Source of the DNA: Cyanobium sp. | GTDB lineage: Bacteria > Cyanobacteriota > Cyanobacteriia > PCC-6307 > Cyanobiaceae | Reading direction: 5' to 3' | Length of the DNA: 64,000 bases | Assembly (NCBI GenBank): GCA_044345855.1 | Contig: JBIJAG010000002.1 | Location: forward strand, 60,715 to 124,714 | Part shown: positions 24,146-34,544 of the stretch, one piece after another | Layout: each line of letters opens with the position of its first letter | Numbering within the stretch: the first letter of the stretch is position 1 | Position numbers and translations under genes: made by a program | The notes under the pieces: model-generated | What the model was told of the DNA's origin: nothing | The model's database searches: none | Seen by the model: the letters and a program-made list of their open reading frames with translations, nothing else

Positions 24146-24211
24146 TCATAGGGCCACCGCACGGGTTCAGCGCTCCTGCAGGATGGACCTGATTTTGTTC
24201 CTTGAGCTGCC

Positions 24212-25759
24212 TTGTCGGATCTGCGCGAGACCCGCATGGAGAAAGCCCGCACGCTCGACTCCCTCGGCCGGGCCCCCTACGCCCTTGGCTTCAGCCCCAG
24301 CCACCGCACCGCCGCGCTGCAGCAGGCCCACGCCGACCTGGCCAATGGCGAGGAGCGCGAGGCCGATGTGGTCGTGGCCGGCCGGGTGATGACGCGGCGG
24401 GTGATGGGCAAGCTGGCCTTCTTCACCCTCGTCGATGAGAGCGGCCCGATCCAGCTCTACCTCGAGAAGGCCACCCTTCAGGCGGCCCACCCCGATAACC
24501 CCGAGGTGTTCGCCCAGCTCACCTCTCTGGTGGATGCGGGTGACTGGATCGGCGTGCGGGGCAGCCTCAAGCGCACCGACCGGGGCGAGCTCTCGGTGAA
24601 GGTCGTGGATTGGACGATGCTCAGCAAGGCGCTTCAACCCCTGCCCGACAAATGGCATGGCCTGGCGGATGTTGAGAAGCGCTACCGCCAGCGCTACCTC
24701 GATCTGATCGTTTCGCCCCACACCCGCGAAACCTTCCGTCGCCGTGCCCGGATCGTGAGCACGATGCGCCGCTGGCTCGATGAGCGCGGCTTCCTGGAGA
24801 TCGAAACCCCCGTGTTGCAGACCGAAGCTGGTGGCGCCGACGCCCGCCCCTTCGAGACCCATCACAACGCCCTCGACCTGCCTCTCACCCTGCGGATCGC
24901 CACCGAGCTCCATCTCAAGCGGCTGGTGGTGGGCGGCTTCGAACGGGTCTATGAGCTGGGCCGCATCTTCCGCAATGAGGGGGTGAGCACACGCCACAAC
25001 CCTGAATTCACCTCGGTGGAGATCTACCAGGCCTACGCCGATTACCACACCATGATGGATCTCACCGAAGAGCTGATCGTGGCGGCGGCCCGCGAGGTGT
25101 GCGGCGGCACGCAGATCACCTATCAGGGCAGCGAGGTGGATCTCACGCCCCCCTGGCGGCGGGCCACGATGCACGATCTGGTGCAGGAGGCCACGGGCCT
25201 CGATTTCACCGCTTTCGAAGCTTCGGATCCGCTTGAGAGTCGGGCCCGAGCCGCCGCCGCCATGGCGGCGGCGGGCCTGGAGGTGCCCGATGCGGCCGAT
25301 TGCCTTGGCCGGCTGTTGGTGGAGGCCTTCGAGCAGACGGTGGAAACCAGCCTGATCCAGCCCACGTTTGTGCTCGATTACCCGGTGGAGAACTCGCCCC
25401 TGGCCCGGGCCCACCGCAGCAAGCCCGGCCTGGTGGAGCGCTTCGAGCTGTTCATCGTGGGCCGTGAAACCGCCAATGCCTTCAGCGAGCTGATTGATCC
25501 TGTGGATCAACGCAGCCGACTCGAGATGCAGCAGGAGCGCCGTCGCGCCGGCGACCCCGAGGCCCAGACCGTGGACGAGGACTTCATCCACGCCCTGGAG
25601 GTGGGCATGCCCCCCACCGGCGGCCTGGGCATCGGCATCGACCGGTTGGTGATGCTGCTCACCGACAGCCCCTCGATCCGCGATGTGATCGCCTTCCCGC
25701 TGTTGCGGCCGGAGGGGCGTTCCGGGGCCAGCGAGGCCGGCCATGAGGCTGGTTGCTGA
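24212..25759 (+). CDS. lysS: Lysine--tRNA ligase (class II)
   Basis: OB-fold [32 protein letters not shown], motif 2 [40 protein letters not shown] and motif 3 [14 protein letters not shown]. Apparent TTG start at 24212. Confidence 0.93.
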   Translation: MSDLRETRMEKARTLDSLGRAPYALGFSPSHRTAALQQAHADLANGEEREADVVVAGRVMTRRVMGKLAFFTLVDESGPIQLYLEKATLQAAHPDNPEVFAQLTSLVDAGDWIGVRGSLKRTDRGELSVKVVDWTMLSKALQPLPDKWHGLADVEKRYRQRYLDLIVSPHTRETFRRRARIVSTMRRWLDERGFLEIETPVLQTEAGGADARPFETHHNALDLPLTLRIATELHLKRLVVGGFERVYELGRIFRNEGVSTRHNPEFTSVEIYQAYADYHTMMDLTEELIVAAAREVCGGTQITYQGSEVDLTPPWRRATMHDLVQEATGLDFTAFEASDPLESRARAAAAMAAAGLEVPDAADCLGRLLVEAFEQTVETSLIQPTFVLDYPVENSPLARAHRSKPGLVERFELFIVGRETANAFSELIDPVDQRSRLEMQQERRRAGDPEAQTVDEDFIHALEVGMPPTGGLGIGIDRLVMLLTDSPSIRDVIAFPLLRPEGRSGASEAGHEAGC

Positions 25760-25873
25760 GGGCTGCTCAGACGCTCGGGCGGGTATCCCTCGCCGTGAGC
25801 CGGGACCTCCGGGCAGGCGCAATGGGATAATCAACTTGTGTAGGCATTCTCCCCCAGCGGGGCACTCTTTTCC

Positions 25874-26137
25874 ATGAGCGGCGAGCGCGTCGGATTTCGT
25901 TTCAAGCACGCCGATGCGGTGGTGAAGCGCAACCCCCAGGGGCGGTCCCGCCGGGGCTGGGTGATGGAGCCGGTGGAGCAGACCACCAGCCGCGGCACCA
26001 AGATGCCGGCTTATCGCATCCGTTGGCGCGACAGTGAACGTCCCGAGATCGTGCTGCAGCACATGCTGATCGCTGATCCTGATCCCACCCCGCCGCCCGA
26101 GGGTGTGAGCTTGGTGCCCGCTGCCCCCAAGAAGTGA
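25874..26137 (+). CDS. Small conserved hypothetical protein
   Basis: Isolated 87-aa ORF with coding-like composition (MSGERVGFRFKHADAVVKRNP...YRIRWRDSERPEIVLQHML). No recognisable domain. Confidence 0.5.
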   Translation: MSGERVGFRFKHADAVVKRNPQGRSRRGWVMEPVEQTTSRGTKMPAYRIRWRDSERPEIVLQHMLIADPDPTPPPEGVSLVPAAPKK

Positions 26138-26164
26138 GCGGGGCGGCGCCGAGCCGCTTCCGGT

Positions 26165-26962
26165 CTACAGCCATCCCTTCAGCCGGTACACGAAGAGTCC
26201 CAGCAGTTCCTTGAGGGAGCTGGTTGTTGAGGTCAGTGCTCCGGCCTGGGGCATCAGATCCAGCAACAGGCTCTCTGCCGTGGTCTGTCCCGATTGGTTG
26301 CGCGCCGCCAGCTGGAAGTCGCAGGCCACCGGCACGATCTTCAGGCCGCTGAGGCGGCGGAAGGTGGCCGTGGCCCGGGGCAGGTGGGTGGCGCTGGTCA
26401 CCAGCAGCAGCGAATGCCAACCCCGTTCCCGCGCGATGCTCCGCAGGGCGATCGCCTCCTCGGCGGTGTTGCGGGGACCCTCGCTGCGCACGATTCGCTC
26501 AGCGGGCACCCCCAGTTTCTGGGCCAGGGAGGCGGCGTAGTTGGCCTCCGGTGGCGTCGGGTCGCCGGCGTTGAAGCTCACCCGCCCACCCGACACCACC
26601 AGCCAGGGCGCCTTGCCCTCCCGAATCAGATCCACGCCGGTGAGCAGGCGGTCGCCGGCATCGGCCACCTCCACGCCCCGGCGTGGGGACAGGGGTGGCA
26701 GCAGGCCACCTCCCAGCACCAGCACCGCATCGGCGGAGGGAAGGGTGGCCGGAGTGAGCCGCACCGCCTGATCCTCCAGACTCCGTACCAACTGGCGGTT
26801 CAGCCAGGGCATCGAGGCCAACCAGACCAGGCCGATCCCTGCGGCGGAGAGGCCGGGGCCCCAGCGCCGCCGCCGGCCTAACAGACCCAGCCCCATCAGC
26901 AGCAGACCCGCCCCCAGGGGGTAGACGAACAGGGGCAGCAGCTTGGAGAGCAGAAAGCCCAT
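26165..26962 (-). CDS. DUF218/YdcF-family (ElyC/SanA-like) membrane-anchored protein
   Basis: N-terminal TM segments, then VLVLGGG...GKAPWLVVSGG...EANYAASLAQKLGVPAERI...NTAEEA...LLVTSATHLPRA. Confidence 0.75.
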   Translation of the reverse strand: MGFLLSKLLPLFVYPLGAGLLLMGLGLLGRRRRWGPGLSAAGIGLVWLASMPWLNRQLVRSLEDQAVRLTPATLPSADAVLVLGGGLLPPLSPRRGVEVADAGDRLLTGVDLIREGKAPWLVVSGGRVSFNAGDPTPPEANYAASLAQKLGVPAERIVRSEGPRNTAEEAIALRSIARERGWHSLLLVTSATHLPRATATFRRLSGLKIVPVACDFQLAARNQSGQTTAESLLLDLMPQAGALTSTTSSLKELLGLFVYRLKGWL

Positions 26963-26971
26963 GGCGGTGGC

Positions 26972-27487
26972 TCAGGACTGGTTGCGGCGGCGCAGGGCTT
27001 CGAGCTCTTGTTGGGCTTCGAAGCGGCGCCAGTCCTGCTCCAGCTCGGCCATCCCATCGGCCACGCGCTCACCTGAGCGGCCGGGCGCAGGCGGTGTTGG
27101 GGCTGCGGTGAGTTCGGCGAGCTCCCGTTCCACCGCGGCGAATCGCTCCCCCAGTTCGGCGAGGGTCTGCCAGCGGTTGCGGCCCTGCTCCATCAACGTG
27201 GCGATGTGGGCTTCGGCCCTGGCGGCCAGCTCCTCGGCGCCGGCGCCGCGGGCTCGTTCGCTGCGCTCCTGCCACTGGCGGATCTCGCCGGCCAGGCGCA
27301 GCAGCCCCTGGCGCTGTAGTTCCGCCTCCTGGCGCAGCTTCAGCCGCTCGTGCAGCAGGCGCTGCTGCCGGTCCCGCTGGGCCTGTTCCGCCAGCAGGGC
27401 ATCCTGCTGGGGATTAGCCCTCAGGAACGATTCCAGCTGCTGATTCAGCCGGGCCTCGAGTTCTTCCAGCCAGCTGCTTGGGCTCAT
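26972..27487 (-). CDS. Coiled-coil hypothetical protein
   Basis: 171 aa, rich in heptad-like E/R/Q/L (EELEARLNQQLESFLRANPQQDALLAEQAQRDRQQRLL...). Its start overlaps the stop of the upstream 75-aa ORF (ATGA). Confidence 0.55.
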   Translation of the reverse strand: MSPSSWLEELEARLNQQLESFLRANPQQDALLAEQAQRDRQQRLLHERLKLRQEAELQRQGLLRLAGEIRQWQERSERARGAGAEELAARAEAHIATLMEQGRNRWQTLAELGERFAAVERELAELTAAPTPPAPGRSGERVADGMAELEQDWRRFEAQQELEALRRRNQS

Positions 27488-27711
27488 GCTTCCGGTGCGC
27501 GGGTGATCAGAGGAGCCTCGATCTCCTGCTGCAGCGGGGTGATCGCCGCCTCGCGGGAGCGCAGCAGCAACTGGGTGAGACGGGCGATCGCCCCCTCGCC
27601 CAGGTCCTGCTCGGAGATGCGGTCGAAGGCCCGGCGGTAGAGATCCTCGAGATCCTCGATCAGGCCTTCCCGCGTGGCGCGCATCGCCTGACGCTGCTCC
27701 TCACGGCTCAT
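27484..27711 (-). CDS. Small helical hypothetical protein
   Basis: 75-aa ORF translationally coupled at both ends, to egtD upstream and to the coiled-coil ORF downstream. Confidence 0.45.
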   Translation of the reverse strand: MSREEQRQAMRATREGLIEDLEDLYRRAFDRISEQDLGEGAIARLTQLLLRSREAAITPLQQEIEAPLITRAPEA

Positions 27712-28916
27712 GGTGCATTCCGCATCGGGGTTGGATCGGCATGGTGCTGCGTCGGTGTTTCGCCACCGGCTCGTGACGTCTCCGAGTCTGCCTGGGTCAG
27801 CAGATGCAGGGAGAGATCGTCGGCGCCATCACACCAGCGGCGGATTGCCCGCCAGCCTGATGCGGCCACCAGGGTCTGAAAGGACTCCGGGGTGTACTTC
27901 GCGCTGTACTCGGTGATCAGGGGTTCGCCGGCGGTGAAGCTCCAGCGCCGACCGGCGAGGGTCACGGTCTGGGAATGGCAGCTCACCAGGGCCATGGCGA
28001 TGCGGCTGGCGGCGGCTTCCCAGCGGGCGCGGTAGGTGAAGGCGGCGGGATCGAAGTCGCCAGCCAGCTCCCGGTTGAGGCGCCGCAGCAGGTTGAAGGC
28101 GAAGGCGGCCGACACCCCGGCGGCATCGTTGTAGGCCGCTTCGAGCCGCTCTGGCGCCTTCGGCTGGTCGATGCCGATCAGCAGCCGGCTGCCCGGCCCC
28201 AGCAGGCGGGCGAAACGGCTGAGCAGCGCCTGGGCCTGGGGGGGGTCGAAGTTGCCCAGGGAGCTGCCGGGGTAGAAGCCCAGCCGCGGCCGGCCCTCCA
28301 GCAGGGGATGGGGCGGTAGCTGGTCCAGGTCGGCGTAGTCGCAGCAGATGCCCAGCACAGGCACGGCGGGATGGCGATCCTGCAGCGCGCGGCAGGAGGG
28401 GCCCAGCTGGTCGAGGCTGATGTCGAGGGCCACGTAGGCCGCCGGTTGCAGGGCCTCCAGTAGGGGACCCACTTTGCTCAGGTTGCCGGCCCCGAATTCC
28501 ACCAGCACGGGGGTGGGGGTGATGCCTTCCGCCAGCGACCGGGCCAGCTCCGGGGCCCGCTCCCGCAGCAGGGCGGTTTCCTGGCGCGTGAGGCCGTATT
28601 CGGGTTGCTGGCCGATCGCCTCAAAGAGGCGGGAGCCCTCCGCGTCGTAGAGCAGCCAGGCGGGCAGCTGCCGCGGTTGCCGTGCCATTCCTTCGAGCAC
28701 CAGCCGCTCCAGATCGGCGGGGGCGGGATGGAGATCGAGCAGTTCCGCAGGTTGGGGAGCCGGCAAGGCAGCAACGCCGCCCGCCGGGGGGTAGGCCCCG
28801 GCGTTCGCCTTCAAAGCCGCCGTTCCGGATCCCGGCAGTTTGGTGGGTTCCAGAGCCGGTTTCGGGGGGCGGCCGGGCTCAGCAACCGTGCGGTCGGCGG
28901 GGGGCCTGGGAAGCAT
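27708..28916 (-). CDS. egtD: L-histidine N-alpha-methyltransferase (ergothioneine biosynthesis EgtD)
   Basis: LPAWLLYDAEGSRLFEAIGQQPEYGLTRQETALL, VEFGAGNLSKVGPLLEAL, YVALDISLDQL and the C-terminal TEYSAKYTPESF pattern. The N-terminus is longer than usual, so the true start may be internal (for example TTG at 28766). Confidence 0.85.
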   Translation of the reverse strand: MLPRPPADRTVAEPGRPPKPALEPTKLPGSGTAALKANAGAYPPAGGVAALPAPQPAELLDLHPAPADLERLVLEGMARQPRQLPAWLLYDAEGSRLFEAIGQQPEYGLTRQETALLRERAPELARSLAEGITPTPVLVEFGAGNLSKVGPLLEALQPAAYVALDISLDQLGPSCRALQDRHPAVPVLGICCDYADLDQLPPHPLLEGRPRLGFYPGSSLGNFDPPQAQALLSRFARLLGPGSRLLIGIDQPKAPERLEAAYNDAAGVSAAFAFNLLRRLNRELAGDFDPAAFTYRARWEAAASRIAMALVSCHSQTVTLAGRRWSFTAGEPLITEYSAKYTPESFQTLVAASGWRAIRRWCDGADDLSLHLLTQADSETSRAGGETPTQHHADPTPMRNAP

Positions 28917-28970
28917 CGGGCCGCCGGCAGCAAGGATCGGTGTCGATCGTATCGAGGTCGGGCCCAGCCC

Positions 28971-30401
28971 TCAGGGGAGTTCCCGGGCCAGCCGCAAACC
29001 ACTGGCCATCCAGCGGCTCGCCGGAGGGAAGAAGTTGCGATAGGTGAGACGCTCGGCGCCGGCGTGGCCCTCCGGTGTGAGGAAGCAGCCGCCCCGCAGC
29101 ACGAATTGGGAGGTCATGAATTTGCCGTTGTATTCCCCCACGGCCCCCGCAGCCGGCCGGAAGCCGGGATAGGGCCTGTAGGGGCTGCCGGTCCATTGCC
29201 AGAGCACCCCATGGGCCTGCTCCAGGCCTCCGGCGGCGGCCAGGGTTTCCCATTCCGCCTCGTTTGGTAGCCGTGCTCCAGCCCAGCGGGCATAGGCATC
29301 CGCCTCGAACCAGCTCAGGTGCCGCACCGGCGCCTGGGGATCGCGGCGGCGGCGGCCGGCCAGGGTGAAGAGGTCATCGCCGCGCCAGTAGCGGGGCGCC
29401 TGCCAGCCGCGCTGCTGCAGCACGGCCCAGCCCTCGCTCATCCAGAGTTCGGGGCGGCGGTAGCCCCCGTCGGCGATGAAGTCGGCGTAGGCGGTGTTGG
29501 TCACCAGTCGCTCGGCCAGGGCGAAGGGTTCCAGCCACACCTGGTGGCGTGGGGCTTCATTGTCGAAGTGGAAGCCGCCGCCGGCATGGCCGATCGCCAC
29601 CAGGCCGCCGTGATGGTGGTGCCAGCCGCCGCCGGCTGCGCCGGAGTCCCAGCTAGCCCCGGGCTCCACGCCATCCGCACTTCCCTGGGCCTGCCGCTCC
29701 CCAAGCCGCTCTTCACTGCCGCTTCCATGCACGGGGCGCCAGGCCCGCTCGAAGGCCGCCTCCGGCCCTTCGGATCCCGCGTCGTAGATGGGTTCGAGGG
29801 GGTTGCGGGAGAAGCCATCGAGCAGGTCCATCAGCAGCAGCTCCTGGTGTTGTTGTTCGTGCTGCAGGCCCAGCTCCACCAACTCCAGGAGCCCGGCCGC
29901 GGCGGCAGGAGGCGGATCGCCAAGGTCGGCCAGCAGCTGCTCGAGGGCGGCATCGATGCGATGGCGCCAGACGAGCACCGCATCGATCGGCGGACGGCTC
30001 AGCAGGCCCCGCTCTGGGCGGGGATGGCGGGCGCCGACGGCGTCGTAGTAGCTGTTGAACAGGTATCGCCAGCGGGGGTCGGCTGGTTCGTAGGTCAGCG
30101 AGGGGCACTCCAGAGCGGCGCCGGCTGGGTGGGCAGCGTGGCTGCCTCCGCCATTCCCCACCAGGGCCGGCCGCAGCAGGAACTCCTCGAAGAACCAGGC
30201 GGTGTGTCCGAGATGCCACTTCGGCGGGCTGGCATCGGCCATGCCCTGCAGAGCCAGATCCTCCGGTTCCAGCGGCGCGATCAGGGCCTCACTGCGGCGT
30301 CGCACCCGCCGGTATCGGCTCTCCAGCTCTGCGAGGCTGGTCGTGGATGCGGGTGATTGGACAGGGCGGACCATCCCACTCTGAGGCTCGGGGGAACCCA
30401 T
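28971..30401 (-). CDS. egtB: Ergothioneine biosynthesis sulfoxide synthase EgtB (DinB-like + FGE-sulfatase domains)
   Basis: DinB-type HLGHTAWFFEEFLL and QHEQQHQELLLMDL. C-terminal FGE-like domain (GGYRRPELW, WFEADAYARWAGARLPNEAEWE, VLWQWTGSPYRPYPGF, VLRGGCF). Confidence 0.85.
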   Translation of the reverse strand: MGSPEPQSGMVRPVQSPASTTSLAELESRYRRVRRRSEALIAPLEPEDLALQGMADASPPKWHLGHTAWFFEEFLLRPALVGNGGGSHAAHPAGAALECPSLTYEPADPRWRYLFNSYYDAVGARHPRPERGLLSRPPIDAVLVWRHRIDAALEQLLADLGDPPPAAAAGLLELVELGLQHEQQHQELLLMDLLDGFSRNPLEPIYDAGSEGPEAAFERAWRPVHGSGSEERLGERQAQGSADGVEPGASWDSGAAGGGWHHHHGGLVAIGHAGGGFHFDNEAPRHQVWLEPFALAERLVTNTAYADFIADGGYRRPELWMSEGWAVLQQRGWQAPRYWRGDDLFTLAGRRRRDPQAPVRHLSWFEADAYARWAGARLPNEAEWETLAAAGGLEQAHGVLWQWTGSPYRPYPGFRPAAGAVGEYNGKFMTSQFVLRGGCFLTPEGHAGAERLTYRNFFPPASRWMASGLRLARELP

Positions 30402-30483
30402 CCAACCGTCCCTCAGGCGCTGCGACCCTAGGAAGGTTCCCTACGATCCGGCCACGCAACTTCGAACTGGCGGGCCAGCAGGC

Positions 30484-31539
30484 ATGGGCGGCATCACGTC
30501 AGACAGCAGCATCCCGTCCGGCATCTGTGAGGGCTTCAGCGCCGCCGTGGGCCACACCCCCCTGATCCGCCTGCGGGCCCTCAGTGAGCTCACCGGCTGC
30601 GACATCCTCGGCAAGGCCGAATTCATGAATCCCGGCGGTTCGGTGAAAGACCGCGCCGCCCTCGGCATTCTGCAGGAGGCGGAGCGAAGCGGGGAGCTGC
30701 GGCCCGGCGGCACTGTGGTGGAGGGCACCGCCGGCAACACCGGCATCGGCCTGGCCCATCTCTGCAATGCCCGCGGTTACCGCTGCCTGATCGTGATCCC
30801 CGACACCCAGTCGGCCGAGAAGATCGGCCTGCTGCGCAGCCTCGGGGCGGAGGTGCGCACCGTGCCGGCCGTGCCTTACGCCAACCCGGACAACTACGTG
30901 AGGCTCTCCGGCCGCATCGCCGCCGAGATTCCCGGTGCCGTTTGGGCCAACCAGTTCGACAACCTCGCCAACCGCCGCGCCCATTACGCGAGCACCGGTC
31001 CGGAGATCTGGCAGCAGTGCGGCGGGAAGGTGGATGCCTGGGTGGCGGCCACCGGCACCGGCGGCACCTATGCCGGAGTGGCCCTGTACCTCAAGGAGCG
31101 GGACGCGCGGGTGCGCTGCGTGCTGGCCGATCCCCACGGCAGCGCCCTGCACAGCTGGGCCAGCAGCGGCGAACTCCACGCCGAGGGCAGCTCGATCACC
31201 GAGGGGATCGGCAACAGCCGCGTGACCGCCAACCTGGAAGGAGCCCCGATCGATGATGCCGTTCGCGTCGGCGACCAGGATGCCCTCGACACCATCTACC
31301 GGCTGCTTTGGCAGGAGGGACTGTTCCTGGGGGGCTCGGTGGGGATCAATGTGGCCGCGGCGGTGGAGACGGCCCGCCGCCTCGGTCCGGGCCACCGCAT
31401 CGTGACCGTGCTTTGCGATAGCGGCGACCGCTACCGCTCCCGCCTCTACGACCGGGACTGGCTGGAGGGCCGGGGGCTGCGGCAGCCCGATCAGGATGCT
31501 TCCTCCATCGCCGCTGCCCCGGCCGAACAGAAGGGCTGA
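30484..31539 (+). CDS. PLP-dependent cysteine synthase/CBS-family enzyme
   Basis: HTPLIRL, NPGGSVKDRAALGIL (PLP lysine motif) and VEGTAGNTGIGLA. Divergent from egtB across about 80 bp. Confidence 0.85.
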   Translation: MGGITSDSSIPSGICEGFSAAVGHTPLIRLRALSELTGCDILGKAEFMNPGGSVKDRAALGILQEAERSGELRPGGTVVEGTAGNTGIGLAHLCNARGYRCLIVIPDTQSAEKIGLLRSLGAEVRTVPAVPYANPDNYVRLSGRIAAEIPGAVWANQFDNLANRRAHYASTGPEIWQQCGGKVDAWVAATGTGGTYAGVALYLKERDARVRCVLADPHGSALHSWASSGELHAEGSSITEGIGNSRVTANLEGAPIDDAVRVGDQDALDTIYRLLWQEGLFLGGSVGINVAAAVETARRLGPGHRIVTVLCDSGDRYRSRLYDRDWLEGRGLRQPDQDASSIAAAPAEQKG

Positions 31540-33740
31540 TGACCTCCTCCTCGGCCGCTCCCGGCCAGTCGATCGGCGGCCGTTACCGCCTCGTGCGGGC
31601 CCTCTCCGAATCCCCTGACCAGGGGGTTCTCTGGCTCGCCAGCGACGGGCTGGCGGCCGATGCATCCGTGGCTCTGCGCCAGTTGCCTGCGGTGCGGGAT
31701 CCGGCGATGGTCCGCAGCCTGGCCTCCCGCCTGCAGGGGGTGCTCCATCCCCAGGTGCCCCGTTTCGGCGCCGTGATCGAGGAGGGCGGCAGGCAATGGC
31801 TGGTGCGCGATTGGCAGGCTGGCCGCACCTATGACCAGCTGCTGGAGGCCCGCCGCGAGCGCCAGCTGGTGTTCGGTGCCGGCGAGGTGCTGCTGTTGCT
31901 GCGGCAGCTGCTGCCGGTGCTGGTGGCCCTCCATGGCCAGGACCTGCTCCATGGCGACATCAGTGCCGCCAACCTCCTGCGCCGCGACAGCGATGGACTG
32001 CCGGTGCTGCTCGATTTCGGCCTGGCCCGTGGCGCCGCTGCCGCCCCAAGAGCCGCGCCCCCGGGTGCCACCCCAGGCTATGCCCCGCCGGAGTTGATCC
32101 GCGGCGAACCGCCCGCCCCTTGGATGGATCTCCATGCCTTGGGGGTGCTCTCCCTGGTGCTGGTCAGTGGTGAGGAGCCTGCCGCCCTGCTCGATCCGGT
32201 CACCCTGGAGTGGCGGATGCCCGTTGCCTTGGAGGCCGAGCCGGCCCTGCGTCAGCTGATCGAGCGGCTTCTCAGCCGCGATCCCTCCCGCCGCTTCACC
32301 ACTGCCGCGGAGGCTCTCGCAGCCCTGCAGGCTGTTCCGATGCCGGAAAGCACCGGACCTGTACCCCGGGCCGACCGCACCGTGGTGCTGGTGCCCCAGG
32401 CCCCGGAGCCGCTCCCCGTGGCGCCAGTAGCCGCGTCGGATCGGGCTGTCGGGAATCCGCAGGCCCGATCCGCTGTTCCCGCCGAGGCGGCGGCTGCCGC
32501 TGCAGCGGCGCTCCAGGACGTCCGCCCTGCCTCCGTCCCGCGGCCGGAATTGCCGGGCCTGGCCACCGCTGCGCCGGCACCGGAACCCGCCTTTCGGGCT
32601 CCGGTGCCCCGTCCCCGGCCTGAGGAGAAGGAGGAGGCCGCTGAGGGGGGCCTCTGGCCCGTGCTGATTGCCCTGGTGCTCTCGGCCGTGGTTGGAACGG
32701 CCCTGGGCTGGCTGTGGCTGGGACGAGGCCGGCCCACCGCTCCCGCGGAGACGGTGGGCGAGGTGCCCCTGAGCCTGCCACCGGCGGAGGTGGATCAGCG
32801 GCAGCAGCTGCTCAACCGTCTGCGCGCCCTGCAGATCGACCGCGGCTGGTTCCTCAGCCTGGCGGACGCCAGCCTGCTGGCCCAGTATCCGGAGCGGAAG
32901 GGGCGACTCCCGGGTGATGCGCTCGAGGATGCGCCGCTGCGGAAGGTCTGGAATGACCAGGCCCAGGAATGGCTGGCCCGGGTGGAACAGTTGCCCCTCC
33001 CCCTCAGGCGCCGCCTCGGCAGTTTCCGAGCCTCCGACTGGGAGCAGCGTCAGCAGTCCCTGGTGGCGCAGGGGTTGAGTTCCTCGGTTCTGACCCAGCT
33101 GGTGTCCGGCAGTGCCACCTCTCTGCTCCCCGGCCAGTCCGGTGACCGAATGCCGCCGGAGCCCTTCCGCCAGCTCTGGTATGCCGCGGCCGAGCTCACC
33201 CTCGATGCGATGCGGATCGATCCCATTGAGCTGCGCACCCAGGTCACCGAGGTGATGGCCGCCGATGTGCCGGCCAATGGCGCCCGCCTCTTCGCGGTGC
33301 GTCTGCCGGTGGACCACAGCCTCGCCCTCGGGGTGAACGGCACCCCCCTGCTGCAGATGGCGGTGTACGCCGCCGATGGATCCGTTCTGTCGCCGAGGGG
33401 GGCGCTGCGGGTGGTGAGTCTGGGCCTACAGAAGGCCTCCCCGGTGCAACTCCTGGTCACCAATGAGGGGGTGTCACCGGCGCGGATCAGCCTGTCGCTG
33501 CGGGCAGACCCGCCAGCGCCGCCGGCGCCATCCCCGACCCCTGCGTCACCAGCAGAAACCCCGGCCGTGCCTGCCCCGCCCGATCGGCTCACCCCGGTGG
33601 TGCCCTCCGAGCCCCCCGGTGCTTCTTCGGCACCTCCCCCCCCGCCTGAACCCACGACCGAGCCTGGATCATCACCAGCCGGCACCAATGCCACCCCCAG
33701 CGGCGCTGCGACCGCTCCGACCCAGCCGACCAGTCCCTGA
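31539..33740 (+). CDS. Ser/Thr protein kinase with long Pro/Ala-rich and C-terminal extracytoplasmic-like region
   Basis: Hanks kinase elements IGGRYRLVRAL, HGDISAANLL, LLDFGLAR and GYAPPEL. A central TM-like stretch (LWPVLIALVLSAVVGTALGWLWL). TGATG overlap with the upstream gene. Confidence 0.8.
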   Translation: MTSSSAAPGQSIGGRYRLVRALSESPDQGVLWLASDGLAADASVALRQLPAVRDPAMVRSLASRLQGVLHPQVPRFGAVIEEGGRQWLVRDWQAGRTYDQLLEARRERQLVFGAGEVLLLLRQLLPVLVALHGQDLLHGDISAANLLRRDSDGLPVLLDFGLARGAAAAPRAAPPGATPGYAPPELIRGEPPAPWMDLHALGVLSLVLVSGEEPAALLDPVTLEWRMPVALEAEPALRQLIERLLSRDPSRRFTTAAEALAALQAVPMPESTGPVPRADRTVVLVPQAPEPLPVAPVAASDRAVGNPQARSAVPAEAAAAAAAALQDVRPASVPRPELPGLATAAPAPEPAFRAPVPRPRPEEKEEAAEGGLWPVLIALVLSAVVGTALGWLWLGRGRPTAPAETVGEVPLSLPPAEVDQRQQLLNRLRALQIDRGWFLSLADASLLAQYPERKGRLPGDALEDAPLRKVWNDQAQEWLARVEQLPLPLRRRLGSFRASDWEQRQQSLVAQGLSSSVLTQLVSGSATSLLPGQSGDRMPPEPFRQLWYAAAELTLDAMRIDPIELRTQVTEVMAADVPANGARLFAVRLPVDHSLALGVNGTPLLQMAVYAADGSVLSPRGALRVVSLGLQKASPVQLLVTNEGVSPARISLSLRADPPAPPAPSPTPASPAETPAVPAPPDRLTPVVPSEPPGASSAPPPPPEPTTEPGSSPAGTNATPSGAATAPTQPTSP

Positions 33741-33894
33741 ATCGATCGCCCACGTCGACCAGGCACAGTTCAGCGAATTCGCTCCCATTCCTCTGGGCGC
33801 CGCTTCCCTGGCCTATCTCCTGATCCGGCACATCCGGAACACCCTCCTCGCTTGAACCGCGCCCGAAAGGAGTTCGCGACTCGATCTCGATGAG

Positions 33895-34392
33895 TCAGAT
33901 CCTGGCGATCGCGGCCCGGGCCTCCTTGGCCTCCTGCTTGCGTTTTTCTTCGTGGCGTTTGTCATGCAGCTTGCGTCCCTTGCCCAAGCCGAGGGTCACC
34001 TTGAGCCAGGACCCCTTGAGGTGGAGATTCAGGGGGATCAGGGTGAGGCCCTTCTGTTCGAGGGCGGTGCGGAACTTGTCGATCTCGCGGCGGTGGGCCA
34101 GCAGTTTGCGCACTCGCAGCGGTTCGTGATTGAAGAAGCGGCCAGCATGGCTGTGGGGTGAGATATGCACGTTGTGCAGCTGCAGCTCACCGCTCCGGAT
34201 CAGGCAGAAGCCATCGCGCAGGTTGCACTGGCCCGCCCGGATCGATTTCACCTCGGTGCCGAGCAGCTCGATGCCGGTCTCGAGGGTTTCAAGGATCTCG
34301 TACTGGTGACGGGCGAAGCGGTTGTCGGCCAGGAGCCTGTTGGCGGGATCCCCCTTGGCTTTGCCTCCCTGCCTGCCGGGCCCCTTTGCCAT
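33895..34392 (-). CDS. smpB: SsrA-binding protein
   Basis: [31 protein letters not shown]...LHNVHISPH...[16 protein letters not shown]...[16 protein letters not shown] at 34392 (MAKGPG). Confidence 0.92.
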   Translation of the reverse strand: MAKGPGRQGGKAKGDPANRLLADNRFARHQYEILETLETGIELLGTEVKSIRAGQCNLRDGFCLIRSGELQLHNVHISPHSHAGRFFNHEPLRVRKLLAHRREIDKFRTALEQKGLTLIPLNLHLKGSWLKVTLGLGKGRKLHDKRHEEKRKQEAKEARAAIARI

Positions 34393-34544
34393 CGCCCTTC
34401 CCCGGGATCTGCCATCGCCACCCGAGCCTAGACAGCGGCCGGCACTCCGGGACCGTGAGCGGACGATCGGATCGCGCCGTGGTTTCGCTGTGACTGTTGT
34501 GGCCTGAGCCACCGCTCCCGTGCGGGGCAGGTACCCTGCAGTCC

